Of a stretch of DNA of 64,000 nt, positions 30,634 to 40,247 are shown in pieces (positions within the stretch are counted from its first letter, which is position 1; the number at the start of each line of letters is the position of its first letter). The position numbers and the translations under genes were made by a program. Below the pieces are notes generated by a model that had not been told where the DNA came from, searched no databases, and saw only the letters and a list, made by a program, of their open reading frames with translations. Source of the DNA: an uncultured Bacilli bacterium (GTDB lineage: Bacteria; Bacillota_I; Bacilli_A; RF39; UBA660); contig CANQIL010000002.1 in NCBI GenBank assembly GCA_947624045.1, positions 2,055 to 66,054 of the forward strand, read 5' to 3'.

Positions 30634-33177
30634 ATGTTAGATAAAAAATACAATCATTTAGAAGTAGAAAAAGGTAAATATGAAACTTGGAAAAATAATA
30701 ATTATTTTGCTTCTGATAGTAAAAGTAGTAAAGAACCTTTTTGTATTGTTATTCCTCCACCTAATGTTACGGGAAAACTTCATTTAGGTCATGCTTGGGA
30801 TGTAACACTTCAAGATATCATTATTCGTTATAAAAGAATGCAAGGTTTTGATTGCTTATGGTTACCTGGAATGGACCATGCGGGTATTGCGACACAAGCA
30901 AAGATTGATAAACGTTTAAAAGAGCAAGGTATTAAGCCACGTGAAATGAAAAGAGAAGAGTGGTTAGAAAAAGCTTGGTCTTGGAAAGAAGAATACGCTA
31001 ATACTATTCATGAACAATGGGCTAAGATGGGTATTTCTGTAGATTATTCTAAAGAGCGTTTTACTCTTGATGAGGGTTTAAATAAAGCCGTTAATCAAGT
31101 ATTTATTGACTTATATAATAAAGGCTTAATCTATCGTGGTGAAAAAATAATCAACTGGGACCCTGAACAAATGACAGCTCTTTCTAATGAAGAAGTTATT
31201 TATAAAGAAGATAAAGGAGCCTTTTATCATTTAAAATATTATTTAGAAGATAAAAGCACTTATCTAGAAGTAGCGACAACACGTCCGGAAACTTTATTTG
31301 GTGATACGGCAGTTGCGGTTAATCCTAATGATGAAAGATATAAACATTTAATTGGTCAAAAAGTTATTTTACCTATTGTTAATAAACTAATTCCTATAGT
31401 TGGTGATGAGCATGCTGATATGGAATTTGGAACAGGAGTAGTTAAAATTACACCAGCCCATGACCCTAACGACTTTGAAGTTGGAAATAGACACAATTTA
31501 GAAAGAATCGTTTGTATGAATCCTGATGCCACTATGAATGAAAATGCTAAAGGTTATGAAGGACTAACTAGAGAAGAATGCCGTAAAAAATTAGTGGCTG
31601 ATTTGAAAAAAGCTGATCTTTTAGTTAAAGTAGAAGAAATAACGCACTCAGTTGGACATAGTGAAAGAAGTGATACTGTCGTTGAGCCATACTTATCAAA
31701 GCAATGGTTTGTTAAAATGCGCCCCTTAGCCGATGCGGTTTTAGAAAATCAAAAGAATAAAGAAACTAAAGTTAACTTTATTCCAGCTCGTTTTGAAAAG
31801 ACTATGAATCATTGGATGGAAATTACTTATGACTGGTGCATATCTAGACAATTATGGTGGGGTCATCGTATCCCGGCTTGGTATAAAGGTGATGAAATAA
31901 AAGTACAAGTAACTTCACCAGGTAAAGGTTGGGTTCAAGATTCTGATGTTTTAGATACATGGTTTTCATCAGCCCTATGGCCATTTTCAACTCTAGGTTG
32001 GCCTGAAAAAACAGATCTTTTAAAAAGATATTTTCCTAATAATGTCTTAGTAACAGGTTATGATATTATTCCTTTTTGGGTTAACCGAATGACTTTTCAA
32101 GCTTTACAATTTACTGGCCAAAGACCATTTAAAGATTGTCTAATTCACGGACTTATTCGTGATAAAGAAGGTCGTAAAATGTCTAAGTCTTTGGGTAATG
32201 GTGTCGACCCAATTGAAATAATTGATAAATATGGAGCTGATTCTCTTCGGTATTTTCTAACTACTAATTCTGCTCCTGGTATGGATTTACGTTTTGATGA
32301 AGAAAAAGTAAAATCTTCCTGGAATTTTTCTAATAAATTATGGAATGCCTCTCGTTATGTTTTGATGAATATCGAATCATTACAAGAAGACGAGCTTACT
32401 AAAGAAGATTTATCTTTAGCTGATAAATGGATTCTAACTAAGAAAAATGAACTTATTAAAAATGTTACTAAAAATATGGATAAGTATAATTTCCATAATG
32501 TCGGTAATGAACTTTATACTTTTATTTGGGAAGATTTTTGTGATTGGTATATTGAATTAAGTAAAGCATCTATGAATAACACTACTAAGACAGTTTTATT
32601 AGATGTCTTAACAACAATATTAAAATTACTTCATCCCTTTATGCCTTATATAACAGAAGAAATTTATACAAAATTACCTATTAAAGCTACTGAATCTATT
32701 ATGATTTCTGAGTATCCTAAATTTTCTAAAGATGAAATATTTAAAGAAGAAAAAGAACAACTTGATAAAGTTTTAGAAGACATTGTAGCGATTAGAAATT
32801 TAAAGGCAGTTAATAAAATTACTAAAAATGCTTTAGTTAATTTTGAATGTAATAAAGAAGAATTAATAAGTATTTATGCTTCTCAATTAAAAATAACCGA
32901 AGATAATCTTACAAGTAGTGATTCTTTTGATATGATTAGCTGTAATTACAAATCAAATAATATTGATATTACATATTATTTTGAAAGAGAAATTGTTGAT
33001 ACTAAGTCAATTGAAGAAGAAATAGCTAAATTAGAAGCCTCTATCTTAAGAAGAAAAACTCTTCTTGCTAATGAAAATTATGTTAAAAAAGCTCCAAGTA
33101 ATATAGTAGAGTTAGACCGTAAGAAATTATCTGAGGAAGAAGAAAAATTAGAAATATTAAAAAAACAAATGAAGTAG
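30634..33177 (+). CDS. valS: Valyl-tRNA synthetase
   Basis: [15 protein letters not shown] (HIGH), KMSKSLGN, C-terminal coiled coil. 847 aa. Confidence 0.97.
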   Translation: MLDKKYNHLEVEKGKYETWKNNNYFASDSKSSKEPFCIVIPPPNVTGKLHLGHAWDVTLQDIIIRYKRMQGFDCLWLPGMDHAGIATQAKIDKRLKEQGIKPREMKREEWLEKAWSWKEEYANTIHEQWAKMGISVDYSKERFTLDEGLNKAVNQVFIDLYNKGLIYRGEKIINWDPEQMTALSNEEVIYKEDKGAFYHLKYYLEDKSTYLEVATTRPETLFGDTAVAVNPNDERYKHLIGQKVILPIVNKLIPIVGDEHADMEFGTGVVKITPAHDPNDFEVGNRHNLERIVCMNPDATMNENAKGYEGLTREECRKKLVADLKKADLLVKVEEITHSVGHSERSDTVVEPYLSKQWFVKMRPLADAVLENQKNKETKVNFIPARFEKTMNHWMEITYDWCISRQLWWGHRIPAWYKGDEIKVQVTSPGKGWVQDSDVLDTWFSSALWPFSTLGWPEKTDLLKRYFPNNVLVTGYDIIPFWVNRMTFQALQFTGQRPFKDCLIHGLIRDKEGRKMSKSLGNGVDPIEIIDKYGADSLRYFLTTNSAPGMDLRFDEEKVKSSWNFSNKLWNASRYVLMNIESLQEDELTKEDLSLADKWILTKKNELIKNVTKNMDKYNFHNVGNELYTFIWEDFCDWYIELSKASMNNTTKTVLLDVLTTILKLLHPFMPYITEEIYTKLPIKATESIMISEYPKFSKDEIFKEEKEQLDKVLEDIVAIRNLKAVNKITKNALVNFECNKEELISIYASQLKITEDNLTSSDSFDMISCNYKSNNIDITYYFEREIVDTKSIEEEIAKLEASILRRKTLLANENYVKKAPSNIVELDRKKLSEEEEKLEILKKQMK

Positions 33178-33256
33178 CCGAGGTAAGGGTTACTTTTTCT
33201 TGTTATTTTAATTAGAATTTGCTATAATATGTTGCAAAAAAAGGGAGTACTCGGTT

Positions 33257-34222
33257 ATGTTAGATTTAGATTTAGATTTACAAATATTACAATTAATAAA
33301 AGAAGATGCTAGTATTAATGAAATTGCTTCTGCTTTAAATATTTCTCATAAAAAAATTTTATATAGATTACAAAATTTACGTAATAAAGGATATACATTT
33401 GTAAAAAAATATTATTCTGATGGTGAAGTTGTTTTTAAAATGAATAATACTTTAGGCATTCCCAAAGATGTTCGCTTAATAACAAAACCTAATGAAAAAG
33501 CCTTAAATATGCTTTTTATTTCTGATTTACACTTTGGAAATGTTAATGAAAGAATAGATTTATTAAAAAGAGTTTATGAAATATGTGCTAAAGAAAATAT
33601 TAATATAATTATAAATGCCGGCGACTTAGTTGATGGTTATTTAGGAACTTCCAGTGATAAGAAATTTCTAAGTTCTGAAGACCAAATTAATCACGTTATA
33701 AAAAAATATCCTTTTGATAAAAATATAATTAATTTTATTTGTTTTGGAGACCATGATTATAGTGTTTTTGAAACGACTGGTCAAAATATTGAAAACGTTT
33801 TAGAAAGATATCGTTATGATTTAGTTCCTTTAGGTTATAAAAATGGTAAATTAAAAATAAAGAATGATGATATTTTAGTAAGTCATTATATAAAAGGTAT
33901 TAACTATAATGAGCCTCCTAGAAATGGCCTTACCGTACTAGGACATAGTCATATAAGTAAATATAACTATGGAGGAAAAAATGCTAATATAACTATCCCT
34001 GCTTTATCTAGTGTAATTTCTAATAGACTACCAGGCTTTTTAAAAGCCAAAGTTTTTTTCAATAAAGGTATTATAAATTTTCTTGAATTAGAAGAATATA
34101 TTTATTTTGATAAATTTTATTTAGTAAATACTTCAGCTATTGAAGTAGCAAGTAATAAAAAAAATAAATCTTTTAAAATAGAAAACGAAGAAATAAGAAC
34201 CCCTTACTGTAAAAAAAAATAA
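33257..34222 (+). CDS. Winged-HTH (AsnC/MarR-like) fused to a metallophosphoesterase domain
   Basis: LQILQLIKEDASINEIASALNISHKKILYRLQNLRNKGY, then FISDLHFGN, AGDLVDG, FGDHD, LGHSH. Confidence 0.6.
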   Translation: MLDLDLDLQILQLIKEDASINEIASALNISHKKILYRLQNLRNKGYTFVKKYYSDGEVVFKMNNTLGIPKDVRLITKPNEKALNMLFISDLHFGNVNERIDLLKRVYEICAKENINIIINAGDLVDGYLGTSSDKKFLSSEDQINHVIKKYPFDKNIINFICFGDHDYSVFETTGQNIENVLERYRYDLVPLGYKNGKLKIKNDDILVSHYIKGINYNEPPRNGLTVLGHSHISKYNYGGKNANITIPALSSVISNRLPGFLKAKVFFNKGIINFLELEEYIYFDKFYLVNTSAIEVASNKKNKSFKIENEEIRTPYCKKK

Positions 34223-34293
34223 AGAAAAAGCTTTACAAATTAAGAAAAATGTAGTATAATTTATACGTTTTTTGAAAAAGGGGGACTTATATT

Positions 34294-35295
34294 ATGAAAT
34301 TTGTTGATTATTATAAGATTTTAAATGTTAATTTAGATGACTCATCAGATATAATTAAGAAAAGTTATCATCGTTTAGTCAAAGTGTATCATCCTGATGA
34401 AAATATAAATAAAAGTGCCGAAGAAAAAGCTCAAAATGAAGCGAAATTAAAAGAAGTTAGTACTGCCTATGAAGTTTTAAGTGATGATTTAAAAAGACTA
34501 GAGTATGATAAGATTTACTATAGACATTTAAGAAATGAAAAGAAATGCGAAAAGTTAAAAAAGATGAATCAAGAAACTACTAATGCTAAAAAAGTCAAAA
34601 CAGATTTTGCAAAAAGACATAGTAATTTTGAAGCAAATATAAATAAGAATTATACCTTTAGTCAAAATACCTTTTTTGCTAATGTAGAAAAGACTACTTT
34701 ACATACTTGTGCTGAGATACTTTATCAATTTAATAAGCTTATTAATAGTACTGCTTTTAAATATGCGATGGAAAATAAATTACTAATAATTGCAACGTTA
34801 GCTTGCCTAATATCACTTACTAATATTAAGGGTAAAGAAATTACTCCAAGAACTATTATAAATGACTCTTTATATGATTTAGACAATTACAAAAGCTATG
34901 TTGATTTAACTAGACTATATGAAGTAAAACAGGGAGATACTTTAGAAGATTTATCTAAAAATACAAACGTACCAGTACATATGATTAAAAGAATTAATAA
35001 TAAATATTCTGATGATTTATCTGAAGGTGAAATTATTACATTACCTTACAAAATACCTAATAGTGAACTAGAGTATTATACTTATTCAGTACCGTATGAT
35101 AGGAATATTTCCTTAGAAGAGTTTGCTTTATTGTATGACACAAGTGCTAGTGATTTAATGGCTTTAAATGAAGAAGCAATTATTTTAAACAATGGTACTT
35201 ATATTGTATTAAGTGATTATTTAAATGTACCTAACTTTATAACTAAAGACGAGTTAGCAGCAAAGAAAGATTCTAAAAGTTTACAAAAAAAGTAA
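34294..35295 (+). CDS. J-domain / TM / LysM membrane protein
   Basis: J domain (DYYKILNV..YHRLVKVYHPDEN), TM LLIIATLACLISLT, LysM (YEVKQGDTLEDLSKNTNVPVHMIKRINN) plus a second degenerate LysM. Confidence 0.65.
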   Translation: MKFVDYYKILNVNLDDSSDIIKKSYHRLVKVYHPDENINKSAEEKAQNEAKLKEVSTAYEVLSDDLKRLEYDKIYYRHLRNEKKCEKLKKMNQETTNAKKVKTDFAKRHSNFEANINKNYTFSQNTFFANVEKTTLHTCAEILYQFNKLINSTAFKYAMENKLLIIATLACLISLTNIKGKEITPRTIINDSLYDLDNYKSYVDLTRLYEVKQGDTLEDLSKNTNVPVHMIKRINNKYSDDLSEGEIITLPYKIPNSELEYYTYSVPYDRNISLEEFALLYDTSASDLMALNEEAIILNNGTYIVLSDYLNVPNFITKDELAAKKDSKSLQKK

Positions 35296-35361
35296 TCAGA
35301 ATATACAACTTATTTAGTACATAATGTTGTATTTTGAAAAAAAATATGATATATTAAATAT

Positions 35362-35479
35362 GTCAAGGAAACTTGCATATAATAAAAAAAGGAACATTCA
35401 ATTTTTGCATGTTGAGTGTTGCCATTAATGTGCATCACCTAATTCATAGCTGAGTTAGGTGATTATTCTTTTATATTTT
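35362..35479 (+). ncRNA. Candidate antitoxin sRNA (copy 1), convergent with and overlapping the 3' end of the 22-aa peptide gene
   Basis: Promoter TTGTAT-17-TATATT (35327-35355). Hairpin ATCACCTAA/TTAGGTGAT (35434-35463) plus a T-rich tail. About 80% identical to copy 2. No conserved ORF. Confidence 0.45.
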
Positions 35480-35539
35480 GAATAGAAGAATTATAATTAT
35501 GATTAATAAAAATAAGACTAAAAAATCTTTTTTATTCAT
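35471..35539 (-). CDS. 22-aa hydrophobic peptide, candidate type I toxin
   Basis: MNKKDFLVLFLLIIIIILLFKI*. RBS GGGAGG 8 nt upstream. Promoter TTGCTT-17-TATAAT on the minus strand (35633-35605). Minus-strand terminator AACACTCAA/TTGAATGTT followed by CCTTTTTTT (35420-35381). Confidence 0.45.
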   Translation of the reverse strand: MNKKDFLVLFLLIIIIILLFKI

Positions 35540-35691
35540 AACAACGGCCTCCCTTCTGTTTACGAAGATAGGCAATCACCCAACTATTGAAAGTTCCTAA
35601 ATTCATTATAAACTAAAATCAAAATAAAAGCAACCAATAAAGTACGTTTTTTTCTCTTGCATTAGAAATAAAAATGTGATATATTAAATAC

Positions 35692-35805
35692 AACAAGGAA
35701 ACTTGCCTAAAATAAAAAAGGAACATTCAATATTGCTCGTTGGGTATTGCCATATGTTTTGACATAACCTAATTCAAAGATGAGTTATGTGATTCTTTTT
35801 ATTTT
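35692..35805 (+). ncRNA. Candidate sRNA (copy 2, paralogue of 35362-35479)
   Basis: Promoter TTGCAT-17-TATATT (35657-35685). Aligns with copy 1 over about 140 nt. Weaker terminal hairpin (ACATAAC/GTTATGT) plus a T-rich tail. Confidence 0.4.
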
Positions 35806-35888
35806 GAATTTACAAATAGTAATACTATATGTAAAAGGATAATGATTATTAAAGATAAAATTAGAAAGTTTTTCTTTCTTTTTTTATC
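35799..35888 (-). pseudogene. Degenerate paralogue of the hydrophobic peptide gene (no canonical start codon or RBS)
   Basis: Open frame DKKRKKNFLILSLIIIILLHIVLLFVNSK*, bounded upstream by TGA. Contains no ATG/GTG/TTG, and only a weak promoter-like sequence lies upstream. Confidence 0.35.
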
Positions 35889-35998
35889 TCAATTTTCTTA
35901 ACAAATTTCAAAAAATGCTTGGTATTTCTTAGAAGATATGCTATAATCTTTACAGAAAGGAGTGGGAACTGACCCACTTCTTATTATTTAGGAGGCCT

Positions 35999-36262
35999 AT
36001 GAAAGAAGAAGTAGAAAAATTAGTTGGAGATAGTATTAAAGACTTAGATGTTTACATTGATGATGTATACACAACTACTGAAGAAGGTAAAAAGCTATTT
36101 AATATTGTCTTAGACAGCAGTCAAGTAATTGATTTAAACAAAATAACAGAAGCATCACGAATAATAAACAAACTTATTGATGATGCCAAATTACTACCTA
36201 CTGATATTGATGAATTAGATATTTTTTCAAAAGAAAAGGGAGATGAATTAGATGAACGGTAA
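35999..36262 (+). CDS. rimP: Ribosome maturation factor RimP, N-terminal domain only
   Basis: Sits directly before nusA and resembles the RimP N-domain (..LFNIVLDSSQVIDLNKITEASRIINKLID..). 87 aa against the usual ~150. RBS AGGAGG. Confidence 0.6.
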   Translation: MKEEVEKLVGDSIKDLDVYIDDVYTTTEEGKKLFNIVLDSSQVIDLNKITEASRIINKLIDDAKLLPTDIDELDIFSKEKGDELDER

Positions 36263-37466
36263 AGAATTTAAAAAGGCACTTGATAATATTGTCAAAGAAA
36301 AAGATATTGACCCAGAAATAGTTTATAATGCGATGGAGTTAGCTTTAACATCAGCTTATAAGAAAAACTTTAAATCTAAAACAAACGTAAAAGTTTTATT
36401 TGATAGGGAAACAGGAGATATAAAAGTCTATTCATACTTAACCGTTGTTCCTGATGATAAGATGACTAAAGAAGAATATGATGATTATGTATTTGAAAGT
36501 TATGCTTTAGATGATGAAAAAGATACTAAGATGGATGAAGAAGAAAAAGAAGAAGCAAGTGAAGAGGAAGAAAGCGAAAAAGCACCTAAACCAAAAGAAA
36601 CTATTTCCTACTTCAATCCTGAAATAGAAATAAAACTAAGTGAAGCTAAAAAGATTGATAAAACTTTAGAAGTAGGGGACACTATTGATACTGAAGTTAC
36701 ACCAAAAGACTTTGGTAGAGTCGCAACATCAACAGCTAAACAAGTAGTTATTCAAAAAATAAGAGAAGCTGAAAGAAACAGTATTATGGAAGAATTTGGT
36801 GATAAGCAAGATGAATTATTAATTGGTACTGTTGCTTTAGAAGATACTGATAATTACTTTATAGACTTAGGAAGAACTAATGGTATATTACCTAAAAAAG
36901 ATATAATTCCAGGTGAAAAAATTGAGATGGGTTCTCAAATAAAAGTCTATGTTTCTAAAGTAGATAACAATGGTAAAAATTTACTTATTTTACTTAGTAG
37001 AAATCATTATGGCTTTGTTAAAAGATTATTTGAACTTGAAATACCAGAACTATCTGATGGAACAGTTATGCTTTACAGTGTCGCAAGAGATGCGGGCAAT
37101 AGAAGTAAAGTAGCAGTTTATTCAGAAAATCCTAATGTAGACCCAATAGGAGCTTGTATTGGTGAAAAAGGTTCTAGAATAGCTCGTATCATCGAAGAGT
37201 TACATGGTGAAAAACTAGATGTTGTTCGTTATGATAAAGACCCAGCTGTCTTTATTGAAAATGCCCTAGCTCCTGCTAAAGAATTAACTGTTTGTATAAC
37301 AGATGCTAAAAAGCAAGAAGCTATGGTTATAGCTGATGGTGATAATTTCTCCTTGGCTATAGGTAAAAAAGGACAAAATGCTCGTCTAGCCTCTAAACTT
37401 ACACACTATAAAATAGATATAAAAACAACCGAACAAGCCAGAGAAGCCGGAATAAACTTTAGATAA
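36252..37466 (+). CDS. nusA: Transcription termination/antitermination factor NusA
   Basis: NTD, S1 (IGTVALEDTDNYFIDLG), two KH domains (GACIGEKGSRIARI, LAIGKKGQNARLAS). Acidic insertion near aa 70-115. Confidence 0.93.
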   Translation: MNGKEFKKALDNIVKEKDIDPEIVYNAMELALTSAYKKNFKSKTNVKVLFDRETGDIKVYSYLTVVPDDKMTKEEYDDYVFESYALDDEKDTKMDEEEKEEASEEEESEKAPKPKETISYFNPEIEIKLSEAKKIDKTLEVGDTIDTEVTPKDFGRVATSTAKQVVIQKIREAERNSIMEEFGDKQDELLIGTVALEDTDNYFIDLGRTNGILPKKDIIPGEKIEMGSQIKVYVSKVDNNGKNLLILLSRNHYGFVKRLFELEIPELSDGTVMLYSVARDAGNRSKVAVYSENPNVDPIGACIGEKGSRIARIIEELHGEKLDVVRYDKDPAVFIENALAPAKELTVCITDAKKQEAMVIADGDNFSLAIGKKGQNARLASKLTHYKIDIKTTEQAREAGINFR

Positions 37467-37726
37467 TGAAAAAAAGAAAAATACCTTTAAGAACGTGTGT
37501 AGTTACTAAAGAAACATTACCTAAACAAGAACTTTTACGTATCGTAAAAAATAAAGATGGTGAAGTAAAAGTTGATGAAACTGGAAAATTAAACGGTAGA
37601 GGAGCATATATTAAAAAAGATATTGCTGTTTTAGAACAAGCAATAAAAAATAAAACATTAGAAAAAAAATTAGAATGTGAAATAGAGGATAGTATCTATG
37701 ATGAAATAAGAAGAATAATAAAATAG
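37466..37726 (+). CDS. ylxR: YlxR/RnpM-family (DUF448) RNA-binding protein
   Basis: PLRTCVVTKE...LLRIV...GRGAYI pattern, in the conserved nusA-infB position. Confidence 0.85.
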   Translation: MKKRKIPLRTCVVTKETLPKQELLRIVKNKDGEVKVDETGKLNGRGAYIKKDIAVLEQAIKNKTLEKKLECEIEDSIYDEIRRIIK

Positions 37727-37740
37727 TGAGGTGATTCTTA

Positions 37741-39879
37741 ATGATGACTGTTGAAGATTATGCAACTGATGTAGGTAAAACAAAAGAAGAAATACTAGCT
37801 TTATGTGAAAAAATTGGCATTTCTGTTGAAGATGAAACATCAACATTAGATGAAGAAAGTATAATATTACTTGATAATGAATTACAAGACCAAGAAGACT
37901 ATATTACAGGTACAGTGGAAGATTTAGAAGAAAAAAGATTAGATGAAGAAGTAACAGATAAAGCAGAAGAGTTAGCTAGAAATACTAAAATTGATTTAGA
38001 TAATGAAACATCTTTTACTAAAGTAAAATCTAAAAATACTAAAAAGACTGAAAATACTAAGAAAGATTTTTTCAAAGAAAGAAAAAATATCTATAAGCAC
38101 CGTGAAAAATTACAAAGTAATGAAGTCCCTAAAGATGATAATGTAATTCTTTATCATGATAAAATGACTGTTTCAGAATTAGCTAATTTACTTGAAGTAG
38201 GAGCAGTTGAAATAGTTAAGAAATTAATGAGTCTAGGAGTAATGGCTAATGTTAATCAAGCAATTGATTATGATACAGCTGAATTAATAACAGCTGATTA
38301 TGATAAAGTTTTAAAGAAAGAAGAAACAGCTGATATTTCTAATTTTGAGAATTTTGAAATAGAAGAAAACGAGGAAGATTTAGTTACTCGTCCACCTGTT
38401 GTTACTGTTATGGGACATGTTGACCATGGTAAAACAACTTTACTAGATACAATTAGAAAGACAGATGTTGTTAGTGGCGAAGCCGGAGGAATTACTCAAG
38501 CTATTGGAGCTTATTCTGTTAAATATAATGGTAAAACTATTACGTTTATTGATACACCAGGACATGCTGCTTTTACTGAAATGCGTGCTCGGGGAGCTTC
38601 TATTACAGATATAGTTATTATTATAGTTGCGGCTGATGATGGTATTATGCCCCAAACTAAAGAAGCAATTGACCATGCTAAGGCAGCTAATGTGCCTATA
38701 ATTGTTGCGATTAATAAGATTGATAAACCTGATGCTAATATTGATAGAGTAATGAGTGGTTTAGTTGAAAATGGTCTTACTCCAGAAGAATGGGGCGGAG
38801 ATGTCATTGTCAATAAAATTTCGGCTAAGACAGGTGAAGGTGTTAATGAATTACTTGAAAATATTTTATTAGTAGCTGAAATGCAAGAATATAAAGCCAA
38901 CCCATCACGTTATGCAACTGGCGCAGTAATTGAATCAAAGAAAGACAGTAAGGTAGGTTCAGTTGCAACTCTTTTAATTCAAAATGGTACACTACGTTTA
39001 GGTGACCCTATTGTTATTGGTAATTATGCTGGTAAGGTGCGTACTTTAAAAGATGATAAAGGTAGAAATATTGTTGAAGCTTTGCCATCTACACCTGTTG
39101 AAGTAACCGGAATTTCTGAAGTACCAAGTGCTGGTGACAAATTTATGGCTTTTGAATCAGAAAAGAAAGCTAAAGAAATTGCTACATCAAGACAACTTCG
39201 TTTTAAAGAACAAGATACTAACTTTTCTGGTATGTCTTTAGAAGATTTATTTGGACGTATCCAAGAAGGCATTAAAGAAGTTAATATTGTCTTAAAAGCC
39301 GATGTAAATGGTAGCTTGGAAGCTGTTAAGAATGCCTTAGAAAAAATAGAAGTTGAAGGTGTTAAAGTAAACATCGTCAGAGCTGCCGTAGGTGCTATTA
39401 CAGAAAGTGATGTTGTTCTAGCTAGTGCATCAGATGCTTTAATAATAGGTTTTAATGTTCGTGGTAGTAATGCTACTATTGAAACAGCTAAGAATTATAA
39501 TATAACCATTAAGACTTATGATATTATTTATAAAGTTGTTGAAGATATGGAAAGTGCTATGAAAGGAATGCTTGACCCTGAATTTGAAGAAAAAGTAGTG
39601 GGAACATTAGAAGTAAGACAAATATTCAAATTCTCTAAAGTCGGCTTAATAGCTGGTTGTCATGTTACAAGTGGTATTGTTAAAAAAGAAGCTAAAGCCA
39701 GATTAATTAGAGATGATGTTGTTATTTATAATGGCGAAGTAAAAACCCTACAACATGAAAAAGACCAAGTAAAAGAAGTTAAAAAAGATATGGACTGTGG
39801 TATTACTCTTGAAAATTGTCAAGATTATAAAGAGGGCGATATCATTGAAATATACGAACTAGTAGAAATAGAAAGATAA
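37741..39879 (+). CDS. infB: Translation initiation factor IF-2
   Basis: GHVDHGKTTLLD, DTPGH, NKID G-domain motifs. 712 aa. Confidence 0.97.
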   Translation: MMTVEDYATDVGKTKEEILALCEKIGISVEDETSTLDEESIILLDNELQDQEDYITGTVEDLEEKRLDEEVTDKAEELARNTKIDLDNETSFTKVKSKNTKKTENTKKDFFKERKNIYKHREKLQSNEVPKDDNVILYHDKMTVSELANLLEVGAVEIVKKLMSLGVMANVNQAIDYDTAELITADYDKVLKKEETADISNFENFEIEENEEDLVTRPPVVTVMGHVDHGKTTLLDTIRKTDVVSGEAGGITQAIGAYSVKYNGKTITFIDTPGHAAFTEMRARGASITDIVIIIVAADDGIMPQTKEAIDHAKAANVPIIVAINKIDKPDANIDRVMSGLVENGLTPEEWGGDVIVNKISAKTGEGVNELLENILLVAEMQEYKANPSRYATGAVIESKKDSKVGSVATLLIQNGTLRLGDPIVIGNYAGKVRTLKDDKGRNIVEALPSTPVEVTGISEVPSAGDKFMAFESEKKAKEIATSRQLRFKEQDTNFSGMSLEDLFGRIQEGIKEVNIVLKADVNGSLEAVKNALEKIEVEGVKVNIVRAAVGAITESDVVLASASDALIIGFNVRGSNATIETAKNYNITIKTYDIIYKVVEDMESAMKGMLDPEFEEKVVGTLEVRQIFKFSKVGLIAGCHVTSGIVKKEAKARLIRDDVVIYNGEVKTLQHEKDQVKEVKKDMDCGITLENCQDYKEGDIIEIYELVEIER

Positions 39880-39900
39880 GAAAAAGGAGTAAAGTAAATT

Positions 39901-40245
39901 ATGGCAAATATAAAAATAGAAAGATTAAATCATACTTTTCAAGAAGAAATTAGTATGATACTAATGACAGAAATAAAAGATGATGACATAAAATTTGTAA
40001 CTATAACAGGAGTAGATACAACAAATGACTTAAGTTTTGCTAAAGTTTACTTTACTGTTTTAGATGAAAATAAAAAAGAATCAACCCTAAAAGCTTTAGA
40101 AAAAGCTTCTTCTTTTATTAGAACAAAACTAGCAGAAAAAGTTGAAATAAGACATACACCTGAATTAAAATTCATATTTGATACTTCAATTGAATATGGT
40201 AATCATATAGAAAAAATAATTAATGACATTAACAAGAAGGAGTAA
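39901..40245 (+). CDS. rbfA: Ribosome-binding factor A
   Basis: 114 aa. ..ITGVDTTNDLSFAKVYFTVL.. and ..IRHTPELKFIFD.. typical of RbfA. Confidence 0.92.
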   Translation: MANIKIERLNHTFQEEISMILMTEIKDDDIKFVTITGVDTTNDLSFAKVYFTVLDENKKESTLKALEKASSFIRTKLAEKVEIRHTPELKFIFDTSIEYGNHIEKIINDINKKE

Positions 40246-40247
40246 TT

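Noticed and set aside
35360-35428. Plus-strand 22-codon ORF (MSRKLAYNKKRNIQFLHVECCH*) inside sRNA copy 1
   Set aside because: Its ATG sits at the predicted transcription start with no RBS. The paralogous copy 2 has no ATG there and hits TAA after 7 codons. The element is therefore treated as non-coding.
38443-39374. Three minus-strand ORFs (38443-38676, 38511-38900, 39024-39374) inside infB
   Set aside because: They are antisense to the IF-2 G domain, overlap each other, and have no independent signals.
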